A DNA stretch of 63,932 nucleotides, taken from Vitrella brassicaformis CCMP3155. Its lineage: Eukaryota > Protista > Chromerida. The notes beneath the pieces are model-generated. The model had not been told where the DNA came from, ran no database searches, and saw only the letters and a program-made list of their open reading frames with translations. Of this stretch, positions 1 to 12,638 are shown in pieces. The translations under genes and the position numbers were made by a program. Numbering within the stretch: the stretch's first letter is position 1; every line of letters begins with the position of its first letter. Location of the stretch: the NCBI GenBank assembly GCA_001179505.1, contig CDMY01000275.1, positions 1-63,932 on the forward strand. The letters run 5' to 3'.

Positions 1-1060
1 ACGCCAGACTCTGCTGGTGGGTTTGCGGCCTTGGAGATCACATTGGCGCGGGCGGCCTCGTACGTCTGCTCAGCCGTGGGAGGCTCCTGGCCTGCGTCCT
101 CAGCGTCGGCAATGGCGTTCTCGACGGCGTTGTCCATCTTGCTGCGCACAACGAGCACAGGGACGCGACGACGAAGGCACTCCTAGTAGATCTGACACGA
201 GAAGACACACACGGAGACAGAGACACGGAGAGAGGGGTGACAGTCCAGAAAAGAGCCCTCCCGGTCATGTGCTGACCTTGTGGTCAATCGCGCGCAACCG
301 CTCGGCGACGACGAGCAGGACGATGGTGGCGTATCTGATCCCAATCATTCGGGGATATGTATCCTCGGGCACAAGCAACGTCCCTGCCCCTGGGCAGAAG
401 CGACAGAGAAAGGATACACAAACTTTCCTCTGTTTCTCTGTGCCCCCCGTCTCTCTGCTTCCTTTGCCCCGTCACTGCTCGCCCACCCGGTGTGTCGATC
501 ATGATAGCCAGGTGGAAGAGTGGGCTGTCCTCGGCGAAGGTGTAGACGGTGGGTCTCTCCGTGCACTCGCCAAGAGCACTAACCGCGGCCCGCGCGACAG
601 TGCTGCCTCCGCGGGCCAGCGCGTAGAGATGGCTGACCACCATCATCAGCAGGTTGATCAGGGTCGACTTGCCGGTGCCCGCGTTTCCACACAGCATGAC
701 CTGTGCCCTGTTCGGGTGATCCTCCATGGCCTGCTTCTGGTACTCGGTCCTCGGATAGTCCTGCTCGAACTTGCGCTTCCTCTCCTCTTCCTCGGCGAGG
801 GCCTTGCGGGCTCCCTCATCTTGCGCGGCAAACAATTGTTGCTCGTGACGGCGCTGCAGGTCTGCCTCGTTCTGCTGACGGTTGGCTTCTGCCTGCGTCT
901 CCATCTCTTCGGCCGCACCTTTGGCCGCCCGACGAACCGCTTCTGGAACTGGACCGCCTCCACCCCCGCCGAAGGGGAGTTTGGCGACTTCGACGGCTGC
1001 AAGAACGTAGGGCACAGCCTGGAAGACAGCGGAGGCCACGGTAGAGACCACGTTACCCAT
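1..1060 (-). CDS. IRG/IIGP (p47)-like P-loop GTPase; 3' end runs off the window
   Basis: Spliced by eye from exons 1060-487, 389-277 and ~191/182-1. N-terminus MGNVVS (N-myristoylation-type), coiled-coil, G1 GNAGTGKS, G3 DTPG followed by AGTLLVPEDTYPRMIGIRYATIVLLVVAERLRAIDHK, and G4-like VRSKMD. This spacing matches immunity-related GTPases. Confidence 0.7.
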
Positions 1061-1391
1061 GCTGCCGGGGAAAGTGGATGCGAAACCAAGGGAAAGGAAA
1101 GAAACTCGGCGGAAAGAGGAAACAAAGAAGATTGCGAGCGTACAGTACAGTGCGGCTCGGGATCCATCACAACGGCGCTCGGGATCGCCATGCATCCCAT
1201 GGTCGATCCCGAGCTGCGAGCCTGGACAAGAGCTCGCAAGGAATGCCAGGAGGAGGGAAGCGGGAAAAGGCTCGACTGTGCGTGGCAGCTGTGTGAGGGC
1301 GGCAAGATGACTGAAGCATCGGGGGTCAATAGCCACGCACATTTGTAGAGTGTGAGCGAGAACAACGCATACACCGTTTTTCTCTGGTTGC

Positions 1392-2387
1392 ATGTGTGTT
1401 TTTGCGTTATCGCGGCAGATTGAAGCAGCGCGGAGTCACGTCACGAAGAAACTGCGGGAGATTCTTCCCTCTAACTGGAAGGACATCATCAACTGGAAGG
1501 AACGAAACCCAGAAACGGGACTGCCTGTGGAGGTCACGGACGTGACGGGCTCTTGCACGCGGCTGAAGGACAATGGTTGTGACTTAAGCTGTGCCTTCGA
1601 CTTCCCGATACGCAAAGAGCTGCTCAAGAAGCTCAACGAATTGCTGGCTCCGGATGGTGTGGTCGTCCAAAGCGCGTCGGTTCGGTTTGTTGAGCTGAGC
1701 CACATGACAGGGCAACGATTTGGTAAGAGCATTATACAGCTCACTGCAGCAGGAGAAAGAGGAGTGTATGTTGGAATGTCTTGTTGCACACTTCTCCTTC
1801 CCTGATCAGAAGATGTCTATCAGAACAAGGTAAGCTCGGCGGTCGAGTATTGCGGCTACTTGCCGCATTTGGCCTCAAGCCATCCCCCAGACCAACCGGC
1901 TCCATCAGCCGTGAGCTCTTCGCAGTGTCTGAAGCCCTGCTGGACGTTCAACGTGGCGTTCGACGTGGCGGGACGAGCGAGCTTCACCATCACCTACAAG
2001 TATGACAGCACGCGAGAAGCGAAGAAGTGCAAGCGATGCGTCAAATGCAAGCGACCCTACCACACGAGTGATAGAAGCAGACACGAACGTAACTGTGTAT
2101 ACTTAAAGCAAGATGCACTGAATCAGCAGGTCGGCAGATACTCAGATTCTTGCTTTCTTCTATTGATGCACTCACGGGAGAGGACCTGTTGTTGTTCGCA
2201 GGCCTCTGACGCGCCACGCCAACCTGCGCCTGCCCCGCTGCTCGCCGCACTCGATCAGGGGGTGAGTAGCCAGGAAGTATTTGCTGCCTTAATAGACTGT
2301 CTCTCTTCATGCAGTCTTCAGGGGAGATTACAGAGGAACAGCCATTTTGTGGTAAAGCGCAGCGACAGACATCGAGGAAGGCGTTGA
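1392..2387 (+). other. Low-confidence ORF fragments with a Cys/His cluster (possible degenerate TE/gag-like or novel gene)
   Basis: ORFs 1392-1805 and 1860-2387; motif CKRCVKCKRPYHTSDRSRHERNC; lacks the microsatellite-rich introns typical of neighbouring genes. Confidence 0.25.
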
Positions 2388-2877
2388 TATTCTGCTGTGT
2401 GCCTGCAGTAACTGGCGGGCCGCCTGGGCCTTCTCAACAAAAAGCAATCATCTCTCCCCCCTTTGGTACACACTCAGCTTGTGCGCGCCTACGTGCATCT
2501 TTGTGCCATGCTGGTGTTTTTCTGTTCTTGTGTGGCCTTAAGGTCCGTTACATTCCCCCGCCAATGGTATGGATTCATTATGGCGGGTGAATGAATGGGT
2601 GTGTATTCATGATTGGCTCCCTGCTGCTCTCTTACGTACAGGCCAGTCACCGCAGATGCCCTTCTTGGCGCCATCGGGTCCACCCGAAGGGTAGACATGC
2701 ATAGCGAGAGACACAATACAACGACGAGTGCGATGGTCTCGCTGTGCCGTCTTTGCTGCCAGGGTAGTGCGTCAAGGCGCACCGGGTTACGTCAACAATA
2801 CATGCGAGCAGGTGGGAGAAGGACCAAACACTCAGGAGGTGCGATGGTGATCAATCTATGCTCGCTGGCTGATCAGA

Positions 2878-4659
2878 TGCCGCCCGAAGCTGGTTGGGAA
2901 GGTGCTACCGCATTTGCCACAGCGGTCTTTTCTGATGGTGACGAAACTGAGGATATGAGGGTAGGAGAAGAACAGCTGTGCTCTTTTGCTTCAACGCACT
3001 AGACACATACCGGTGTCTGTCATGCGTAGTTGATGGACCTGGACCCACCAGACGTGAACGCATACGACACACTCATCGAGGCATATGGGCGATGCGAACG
3101 ACTCGATGAGGTGAGGAAGGACAGGCAGACACAGACAGTGGTGAATGGATGGATGGGTGGCTGAGTCGATGTGTGTGTAGGCATTGAGACTGTGGCGTAA
3201 AATGACGAATGGGCGCGAGGTGGAGCCCGTGGAGCCCAACAACTACACATTCAAACGCACGCTCGACGCCCTCGCGGATCGGTTCCACAAGTAGCCATTC
3301 ACGCACACACCCCACAGTAACCACAGTTATGCGTGTGCGACTTTCAGGTTGGTTCGTAGTGGTGTGACGCCCAACCCGGTGCAGTACATGATTCTGATCA
3401 AGGGCTTCGCACAGATCAAGCAGATCGACATGGCACTGTGGCTGTACCGAGATATGAAGCGAAAAGGCGTCCCTTGCAACGATGTGATTCGGCCAGCCAC
3501 ACAGCACAACACATACACACACACACACAAACGAACATACCTCTGTGTGCACGTCATCTGTGCGTACGTAGGTGACGTACAAGACGCTGATCGACGCGTG
3601 CAGGCTGGTGTCTGACATGCGTCAAGCGGTGGACATTCTGAAGGACATGAATGCCTCACTCCGGCACCCGCTGTACTGGTGGACCATCGACACGTACAGC
3701 GCCATGATCAAGGGCTTGTGCACACAGGGCAACATAGACGCCGCCCTGGAGCTGTTCGACTCCATGTGGGGCCGCGGTATACAGCCAGACACTATCATAT
3801 ACAACGCACTGCTGGAAGGTGCCCCTGCCCACACACACAGGGATAGAGAAAGAGACAGGGGAAAAGAGCAACGGTGTGTGTGGATGTGTTGTGTAGAGTG
3901 TGCTCGTCGGTACAATCTACACATGACGGAGCAGCTGCTGCAGAACATGATCCAATCCGGAGTGGCCCCCACCTCACACACACTCACCATACTGGTGGGT
4001 CAGGGTGTGTGTATGTGTCAAGGAGTGTCTGTCTGTCTGTCTGTTCCTCGCACAGGTGAAGCTGTACGGCCTGGCCAAGGAGTTTGACAAGGCCCACAGC
4101 GTGGTGACAGAGCTGTTCCGCCGGTTCAGCATCGATCTGAAATACCAGGACGCACACGTATGGACTGCCTTCATGGACGCGTGTATCGCCAACCAACGCC
4201 TACCACTCGCTATGGAAGTGTCTGAAAAGGTCAGACACCCCCACTCCTTCCCACGTCAACACACACAGATTGTTTTCCTTTCTCTCCATTGTGACACGCA
4301 GATGTTGGTCGCTGAGACAAAGCCCAACGCCAGCGCCTTCGGCGCCATCATAGTGGGGTGTGTCGAGGGCGCCTTCAGCTCCGTAACCGACCCCAACGCC
4401 AGCCACGTCGAGTACTCGGTGAATGCCATCGGTTTCGCACAACTCGCCCTCCATTACGAGCTAAAACTCGAGAAATTCGTGTGGCTGAAACTCAAGGCCA
4501 TGAGAGAGAGTCTTATGCCGCCAGATAAGCTTATCAGGCATCTCGACAAGCTTGTGGCCGATTCCAAGGACGGAAAGCACGTAAGCGATGACCACTCAAC
4601 CACCGCCAGCAAATGTCTTGTGACATGTGTCTTTGTGTCATGTCAATCAGACACCTTGA
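2878..4659 (+). CDS. Pentatricopeptide repeat (PPR) protein, multi-exon; start uncertain
   Basis: Tandem ~35-aa repeats across exons: PDVNAYDTLIEAYGRCERLDEALRLW, PNPVQYMILIKGFAQIKQIDMALWLYRDM, VTYKTLIDAC, TYSAMIKGLCTQGNIDAALELFDSM, PDTIIYNALLEG, PTSHTLTILVKLYG. Splice phases are consistent where checked. Confidence 0.9.
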
Positions 4660-5200
4660 CGTGATACACTCTAGGACGCGTCACACACAAAGATAGGCAG
4701 CTACTGGTCACTTTTTGCAGGTATCATTTTGCTGCATGACACTGTGTGAGTGTCATTTCTGTCCGCCTCAAATAGGGGTGTGAATGTGCGTGTGCAGTAA
4801 GGGTGTCTGCGCCTGTGCCTTACGGGCTGTGTCAAGTAAGTCGATCGCCTTCGTCGCGTGTTGTGTGTTATGTTATTTCCACTTTCATTTCACGGATGAC
4901 TCACAGCTGCGTGTATTTGGTCATGAATGCAGTGTTGACCCATCACCAACCACAGAGTCCCAGCGTGCAAGAAAGCACACCAACCATCATACCTTGTCCA
5001 CCGCATGTCCATCCATCCACCAAACTGTCGACTGACACAGCCGCCCCAGGCGGCATGCAGCAATAGCCATCAATGAACCAATCAACACAGTCCGTCGGTG
5101 CGCACCGTACCCTACCGTACCAGCCCGTGGCCGGCTGTGCTGTGCCGCTGTGCGTCGCCTATCACTACCCCACTGCAGCAGCGACACAGCACAGCCCTGC

Positions 5201-5549
5201 CGGAGGCAGCCTCACATGCAGCGTCTCTTACACAGGTATGGTATGGAGAGGGTCAGTCAGTGAAGTGCAGTAGCGACCCCGCAATACCCACCCCAGCCCT
5301 CCGGCTAATCTGACTGCCCGCCTGCCCGCAGCGATTTGTCTCTCTGTGTGTCCCTGACAGTGGACAGGTGTGTGCCCGTGTGCCCTCCTACATGGGTCAT
5401 GTGATGACTAGAAAAGCACTCCATCATCCGGAGGACGACCCGCCTCTGCATAGCAACTGAAAGAAAAAAATCCCTGTCTACCGAGGGCCACTGGTCACGC
5501 AGCATATATCATTACCGCAAAACGGCGTCAAAACGTGCCTGCCCTGCTG
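5201..5549. repeat. ~350-bp dispersed repeat, copy A (inverted relative to 22470-22818)
   Basis: Visual alignment to the reverse complement of 22470-22818. Shared blocks include cagcgtctcttacacaggtatggtatgg, gtgcagtagcgaccccgcaatacccaccccagccctccggct and tccctgtctaccgagggccactggtcacgcagcatatatcatta. Confidence 0.92.
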
Positions 5550-5615
5550 CGAGCCGAACCCCCCATCTATCTATCTCTCCCTCCGTGTCTATCTCTTCCC
5601 CGCCAGACCCGCAGG

Positions 5616-8022
5616 CTAGAACGATGATCCCTCGACCGCTGTAGCCTCGCGTGCTGTGGGCGACACGTCTGGCGATGCTTCACCGTCCGACTCTTCGCCA
5701 GAGACAAACTCATTCTGCCGCACGTGAGCAAAGGCCAGGTGGGCGCGGGCGCCTCGTGGCTGCGCTTCACCACCACAGGGCCCTCGGTCGATAAGAGGCG
5801 CCGACAAGGAACGCCTAAATGGACGGGGCAAGACAACACACAATGTGCACAAGCCGCAACCGGCCGGCTGTCTGTCTCTGTGTTGTTTACCTCATGTAGG
5901 ACCAGCGAGGGCCCTCCCTGGCCACATCCAGGTGAGTGCTGCTCTCGTCGCCCGACACAGCCGTGCGGTCCCCGAGGCCGTCAGAGTATGTGGGCGTCAC
6001 CAACACCGACATGCCGCGCGAGTACAGAGGCAGGCTGCCCCTCTTCAGCAGCCGCATGCCATCGGGAAGGTCGGGCAGCGCCGCGTCGGGCAGGCTGACG
6101 GCTGACTGAGCCACCAACAGAGGGACTTGGGAATCCCTAGATGGGCTGGAGGCGCCTGTGTCGGTCAGCTTGCCATCATGATACGCCGCATTGCCGTCCG
6201 AGAGAGACCGGAACACCGGCTGTCCCACTGGCGCAGCCGGCCTCGTTTGCTGCGCTATCGTCGCTGCCTGTTGCTGCCGTCTTCTCTCCCCCTTGTTCCC
6301 CTCCTCTGTCGCGGCAACGATTAGCGGCACCAACCCCCTCTGTGACGACACATCCACCACGTAATCGTGCGGATGCGGCGGCCCCGATGGCTCCACCATG
6401 TACACGCGCCCCTCGGTGCCCATGGCAATGTCGACCGGCGAGGTGGGGGACCGGCGGTACGCCGACCTGCTGCCAGAGCCCTTCTTGCTGCCAGAGTCGC
6501 TCTTCTGAGGCCTTCTCTGCAGGATGACGGGGACCGACAGAGCGCCAGATGGGAGGGGTGGGAGGGGTGGGGACACCAGGGCTGGCACGGCTGAGTCGTC
6601 CTCTTCCGCCGCGTCGCCTTGGTTGCCGATTGAGGGCGGCAGCGTGTCGCCGCGGTGCTGCCTCCTGCGATCGCTGTCGGTCTTGGCTTGCGACAGCACG
6701 TCGTCGTCGGTGGGCTCCTCAGGCCGCTTCCATGAGATCTTGTGAGTGACACGTGGGTGGGAGTCGGCCCGCTGCCTCTGGAACTCGCTGCTGAGGGGGC
6801 TGGGGACCTCCTTGACGAGCAGACTGTGCCGGCGGATGCGGAAGGCCTTGTGCTCCTCGTCAGATGTGTCGGACGACAACACCTCATCCGCCTCCTCGTC
6901 CCCCTGTTCATGCGATACCGCCGCATCAACCGCCGACTGCTCGCCCACCATGGCCATATCCTGATCCGACGCTGCCGGTGCTGTTGCTGCAGCTGCCGAC
7001 GACGGCGCCGATCCGTCCAGCCAGCGAATGCCGTTGTGTTGCGCCGTCTCGCCCTCCACCTCCATGGCCTCTTCAGGCTTGCTGATGTCCTGCAGTGGCG
7101 ACTCGACCGGGCTCATCAAGTCGGGGGATGGCCGCGGGGTCCATTCGCGAGACGGGCTGGTGGTGCGGCCCTCCGGCGACAGGGGGCTCGTGGGCGCATT
7201 GCCGGCCTCCTCACTCGGCTTGGTCTCCTCTGCGATGGTCTCGGGCAGCCGCGGGTTCTTGCGTGATGCGGCATGGGGCAGAGGAGGGAGGCTGGGTGCG
7301 ATGGCGGATGGGGGGCAAACGGCGGCCTTGCCGGGTGCCGACGATGCGCTGGACCAGATGGTCTGGAAGGCGGTCGAGAGATTGCGGAGGCCGAAGACGT
7401 ACTCCTCGTCGGGCGTCGGGTTGTCTGAGGGAACAACGGTAAGGAGAAATACATGAGAGGCGGTGATTGTGGTTGCGCTTCCCACACGCAAGCACCCACC
7501 TGACAGAAATATCGTGTTGGCGAAGTCAATCATCCGCACGTCGAGCGACTGCATCCAGCCCAGCAACACACCGAGAGAAGAGAGCCACTGTGCCATCGAA
7601 TGCATGAAATGAGTGTGGATGCTGCCTGTCTATCGTACCTTGACCATTTCTCTGGGGTTATCGAGGCCCCCGTCATAGACAATGAGGAGGGACGATGACC
7701 AGAACCGATAATGACGCAACTCAGTCACACCTGATGCACAGACAGACAACACATACACACCCACCCGAGATGATGACACATCCATGCATCTCCGTCCCTC
7801 TCTGTTCATTCACGCACATTGCTGCAGGAGCTGCAGTTTCTCGAGCAGCGGTGGGAACAGGTCGGTGTAGAGCTCGCTGCCATTCCAGAAGCCCAGCTGA
7901 AGCGCCGCCTGCACCTTGTCCTTGGTCACACGCCGGCCCCAATACTTATCCAGAAAACACAACGAATCGCTCTTGCGGTCGTAATACTGCACGCACACAC
8001 GCAGGCAGCGAGAAGCAACGCA

Positions 8023-8058
<36 letters not shown>

Positions 8059-8724
8059 TGTGTACCTGGCATCCGCACAGCCGGAAGCCGAGCGCCCCAC
8101 TGGTGGTGGAGAGGCTCTTCTCCAGCTGGCGCTTCTCCTTGTCGGGGGAGCTGCCCATCTTACGCTGACGCTTACCCATCTTGATATCCAACACACACTA
8201 TACATACCAACACACAGACGACACAAAGCACATGTGACCGACGGAGGGCTTTTCTCTTCTCTGTTCTGTTGGTCTGTTCTTCTCAGTTTTCCCACTGACC
8301 GGTTTGATGAATCCATCGACCAGGTCTTCGAGTATGATGTGCCTCGACTGCTCCGGCTGCATGGGCCCATCCATCATGTCGGTGACGGGCGGGGTGATGG
8401 CCGCCGTCACCTCCACACTCCCGTAGTACTTGGGCACGAACTTCTTGAGAATCTGTAAAGGGCCCGACTCCATGCTCGACGAACCCAACGCCGACAACTG
8501 ACCCACACACCAACACACACAGCCAAAGAGAGAGGCGTCGTGGACGCACACGACTTTCAGTGTGTGCCTGCCTGACTTGAGTGACTGACCTTCTCGTAGA
8601 ATCTGGATTCGTTTTCGCTCCATGGCTTATAAATCTTGCAGCTTGACTTGGGCTTGATGAGCCGCGAGTGGCCGCCCACCTGGTGGCGGTACGGCTCGAC
8701 GTCGGTCGGAAGTACCAACCGCAT
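5616..8724 (-). CDS. Inositol polyphosphate kinase (IP6K/IPMK family) with long low-complexity C-terminal extension
   Basis: Exons give MRLVLPTDVEPYRHQVGGH, FVPKYYG, IILEDLVDGFIKP, MLDIKMG (P-x3-DxKxG region), GFRLCG, SLLIVYDG, VRMIDFA and DEEYVFGLRNL. These are the ordered IPK motifs. Confidence 0.9.
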
Positions 8725-9025
8725 CGATGAGTCCAGGCGGTCGTGGCAACGCTGGCGGGGGATGTCGTGAGCTCAAAATGGGCACGGCGAAGCATCACTG
8801 GAGGGGACACCCGTCCTGTCGGTGCGCAAGGGTCTCCCAGCGCCCTCTGAAGCTCTGACTGAAGCATTGACAGACATCGACACAGAGGAACATGCAACAG
8901 CACTGATGTGTGGCATTCTTCATCTTTCCCACCCTCTCAGTCACTCCAGTTGCGCAACCTTCGTCTTTTTCCTGCGTTTTTGCCGGCGAGCTAACGATCG
9001 AAAGCTCGCAACGCTGAAAGGCGCG

Positions 9026-12000
9026 ATGCTGGCGGAATTGTGGCGTTTGTTCTATCCCCGGAGCCCCTCGTGGGCGCTGGGCCTGTGGATCTTCGTGTTT
9101 GCAACCCTCATCAAACTCATGCTGGTGCCGTGCTAGTAAGAAGAGACTGAGAGATCAACAGCAGGCAGACCATCATCTTGCTGGTATTTGTATGAGTATC
9201 ACGGGCACACAGACGAGTGTTACGGTTAATGACAGTTTCCCCCCCTCATCTTGCTGGTATCTTCTCATGTGTGTGTGCCCCGTCTGTCTGCAGCCACAGC
9301 ACGGACTTCGAGGTGCATCGCAACTGGATGGCCATCACCTACTCCCTGCCCTTGAGGCAGTGGTACACAGAGGTCAGTGAAGGAGTGAATGAGGACGCCG
9401 CACATGCGCTGAGTTGCTATATGAATGCACCCATGACAGTCACGTGGATGCGTTGCGTTCATTCTGTGTTCTCAGGCGACCTCTCCGTGGACGCTGGACT
9501 ACCCCCCTGCTTTCGCATACTTTGAGTGGATTCTGGCCGGGGCCGCCCAGTTCATAGACGCCAAGATGCTCGAGGTGCGTGAACCAGCCAGCCAAAAGAA
9601 GATGACCGGCCGCATTACGCGTGCAGACAGACAGACAGACAGACAGACAGACGTGTGTGGTTCATTTCTCCTGTCATGCAGGTGTCGAATCTTGACTATG
9701 CGAGTGACGGGACGGTGTGGTTCCAGCGGCTGTCGGTCATGGCCACTGACGCCCTCCTGCTTTGGGGCGTCATCAGGTAGGTCAGAACATCATATAGGAA
9801 GACAAGACAGACACCGGCACGCGACCCTCTCTCCGTGGGTGTGCAGTCTGGTGGACGTGCTGACCGGCCGAGCAGAGGATGAGCATGGCACCGGCAGCGG
9901 CGGTAGCAGTGCGTGTGTGGCGCCGGCTGATGGCGACCAGAGCAGCGACACCAGGTCGACAATCGACGGCATCGATGACAAGAAGCTGCGCCGCGATCGC
10001 AACTATGCCGTCATCGGCGGACTCATCTCGTGTGTCCTCAACCCAGGACTCCTCATTGTCGACCGTACGCATTTTGGGCACCAAGAGATCGACGCTGGTG
10101 CGGATGGTCTCATGGGGGGGTTTCTCTGCTTGGGTTTGTTGTTTGTGTAGATGTCCATTTCCAGTACAACGGGATGATGCTGGGTGTGCTGCTGCTCTCC
10201 ATGGCGCAAATAATGAGGGTCCGGACTGACTGACTGAATATCACTGACTGACGCTGGGCTGGCTCACTATTGATATGTATGACATATATGACTGAATGAC
10301 CCGTACGTACACACGTGCAGTGCATGCCCACCCCAAACTCCAATCGCACCCCTCCCTCCCCTCCCCTCCCCTGTGTGCCTTCTCCTGTGTCCTGTGTGCA
10401 GGGTCGCGTGTTGGTCGGCTCGGCCCTGTTTGCGCTGCTGCTGATAATGAAGCACATCTTCCTCTACATTGCCCCGGTCTACTTCGTGTTTCTGCTGCGC
10501 ACATACTGCCTCATGCAGCTCTCACCCAGGGACATCATGGCCTGGTAAGTGATAGAGTGAGTGCAGGGCCACACGCCTGCCGCCGCACCTTGCCAGCCAT
10601 TGATCTCCTTCCTTTCTGTCCGTCAGCTCGTGTGGGAGAGATGACTCCATGAGAGTCGCGAGAAGCCGCAAAGACACCGACAGGAGGGCATTCATGGTTC
10701 GGTTCTGGTCCCTCGGTGCAGTGGTCCTCGCTGTGGTCGCTGCCGCACTCCTGCCCATCCTCCTCACAGGTACACCAACCAACCACTCACACTTGTGCAA
10801 GTCACACCCATCGTGCCGTTTGGTCTGTGCGGTCTCGCCGCCAGGTCAGCTGGGGGCTCTCATCGGTCGGCTCTTCCCCTTCGGCAGGGGCCTGACCCAC
10901 GCCTACTGGGCCCCCAACCTGTGGGCCCTCTACAACGCCACTGACAGGGGCATGTACCAGGTGCTGAGTGTGGCCGGGCGGCTGCTGGGTCGGGGGCTGG
11001 TCAGCAAGGGTGCCGGGGGGGCCATCGCGGGCCTGGCTGAGGTGTATGAGATGGCCGTGCTGCCCAACGTCCCGCCAAAGGCAACTTTTGCCCTCACCCT
11101 TATGCTCTATCTGGTAATGACAGAACCAGCACACACACAGGTTTCCACGTTTCCTCCGGGTCGTTCGTTTACTTCAGCCCTTGCTGTGTCGACTGTGGTC
11201 CACGGGCAATCCCCGGTATCTGCCTCTGTATGTGGCGCTCGGCTCGTGGGTGTCCTTCCTGGCCGGCTGGCACGTGCACGAGAAGGCCATACTCATGACC
11301 ACCATTCCCCTGGGGTACACAAATCGATGCACTCACTCGCTGACGGCACACACCTGTCTTCACGCATATATCTTCTCAGGTCGTGTGTGTGGGCGTACGG
11401 CCTTGGCAGCGTGCCCCCATGCTCCTCAGAGCACCACTTCGAGCTGTCCTTCTGGCTGACCAGCCTGCCGCCCCTGCTGGTCGTCACCAACCTCTTCGCC
11501 AACTTCTCGCTCATGCCACTCCTGCCACACCCCACCGAGACCCCAATCAAGTGGTGCCTGCTCGCCTTGCTGACTCTGGTGGAGGTGACCTTCGCACGGG
11601 TGGTTCTCTACGGCGATGCGCCGTCACCATTGGAGAGGTTTCAGCTTTATCTTGGATCTATCAAGAGGAAGGGCGGTGCAGCAGAGGAGAGGGAGGGGGA
11701 AGGGGAAGGGGAGAGCGAGGAGCAGCAGACGAAGCGGCGGCAGCAGCAGCAGGAGCAGGAGCCTGCTGGTGCTGGTGAGGCGTGCTACCACCTGACACCT
11801 TTGCCATCGCCGTTGATGGTCACTGTGATCGAGATGATCCCGCCTCTCCCTCCACACAAGGCGGCGCTCCCGCCCTTGCCTCCCTGGCCGTCATCCCCCC
11901 CTCCGTCGATGAGAGGAGTTGAGATGGTGCGAAAAGAGGTCACATATCGGCGCGTGTCGTGGCTTGCGGGCGCGTTTATATGGATCGGCAGCTGTGTCGG

Positions 12001-12268
12001 TGTGCCTTTGCTGGGCTTCTGGCAGTCCGGGGGCCATCAGCTGGTGTTCGGTGCGCGTCTGGCGTTCCTGCCGCTGCTGCTGATGTCTGTGTTTTGTGCG
12101 GTGAGTCTGTTGTGTTTGTTTTCGTGTTGGATGAGTGTGGTGACTGCGTTAGTGGCGTACCAGCAGCTGACATTGAGCAGGGGAGGGGGGGAGGGGGAGG
12201 GGGATAGAGATGCGCAGGAGCTGCGTGGCCGGGCGCAGCGTGATGGCAGGAAGGGCAGGACCAAGTGA
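9026..12268 (+). CDS. ALG8: Dolichyl-P-Glc alpha-1,3-glucosyltransferase ALG8 (ALG6/ALG8 family)
   Basis: [81 protein letters not shown]; multiple TM segments. Confidence 0.93.
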
Positions 12269-12638
12269 CACTTGTGACACAATTCCCGTGTGTGATCCTT
12301 GTCCCACACGCACCACTAATCATGATGGGAGTGCAAGAGTAACGCCCTATGTAAATTCACCGGGCAGCAAAAAGAGGGGGAACAGCACAGCAGTCACGCC
12401 AAGGGGAAAGGAGAGAGGAAGACCCGAGGAAGGAGGGCAGTCAAAGTCGCCGTTTTGAGAAAGACGGCCTTCCGCTCTCCAGCCCCCATCACGCCCCCAA
12501 GCAATTCGCCGAAAAGAGACGCTTTCCTCTTTGCAAAACACGTTTCCGAAGCATCAGTACGATTGGTTGTACCAACCCATCGGCGTTTCCATTCGGACTT
12601 CCGTCTCAAACGACATACCCCAGCAGAGTGTGGTCAGG

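Noticed and set aside
17-1348. 443-aa plus-strand ORF
   Set aside because: Antisense shadow of the GTPase gene; no motifs; long ORFs arise easily in GC-rich DNA.
5201-5549. Repeat as tRNA/snRNA/SINE or Helitron end
   Set aside because: No cloverleaf, Pol III A/B boxes, Sm site or CTRR terminus that I could verify; the small hairpin at ~22450-22478 is present at only one copy.
11660-11940. Acidic/Gln/Pro-rich insertion in the ALG8 C-terminus
   Set aside because: Low-complexity loop expansions appear in several genes here; not distinctive.
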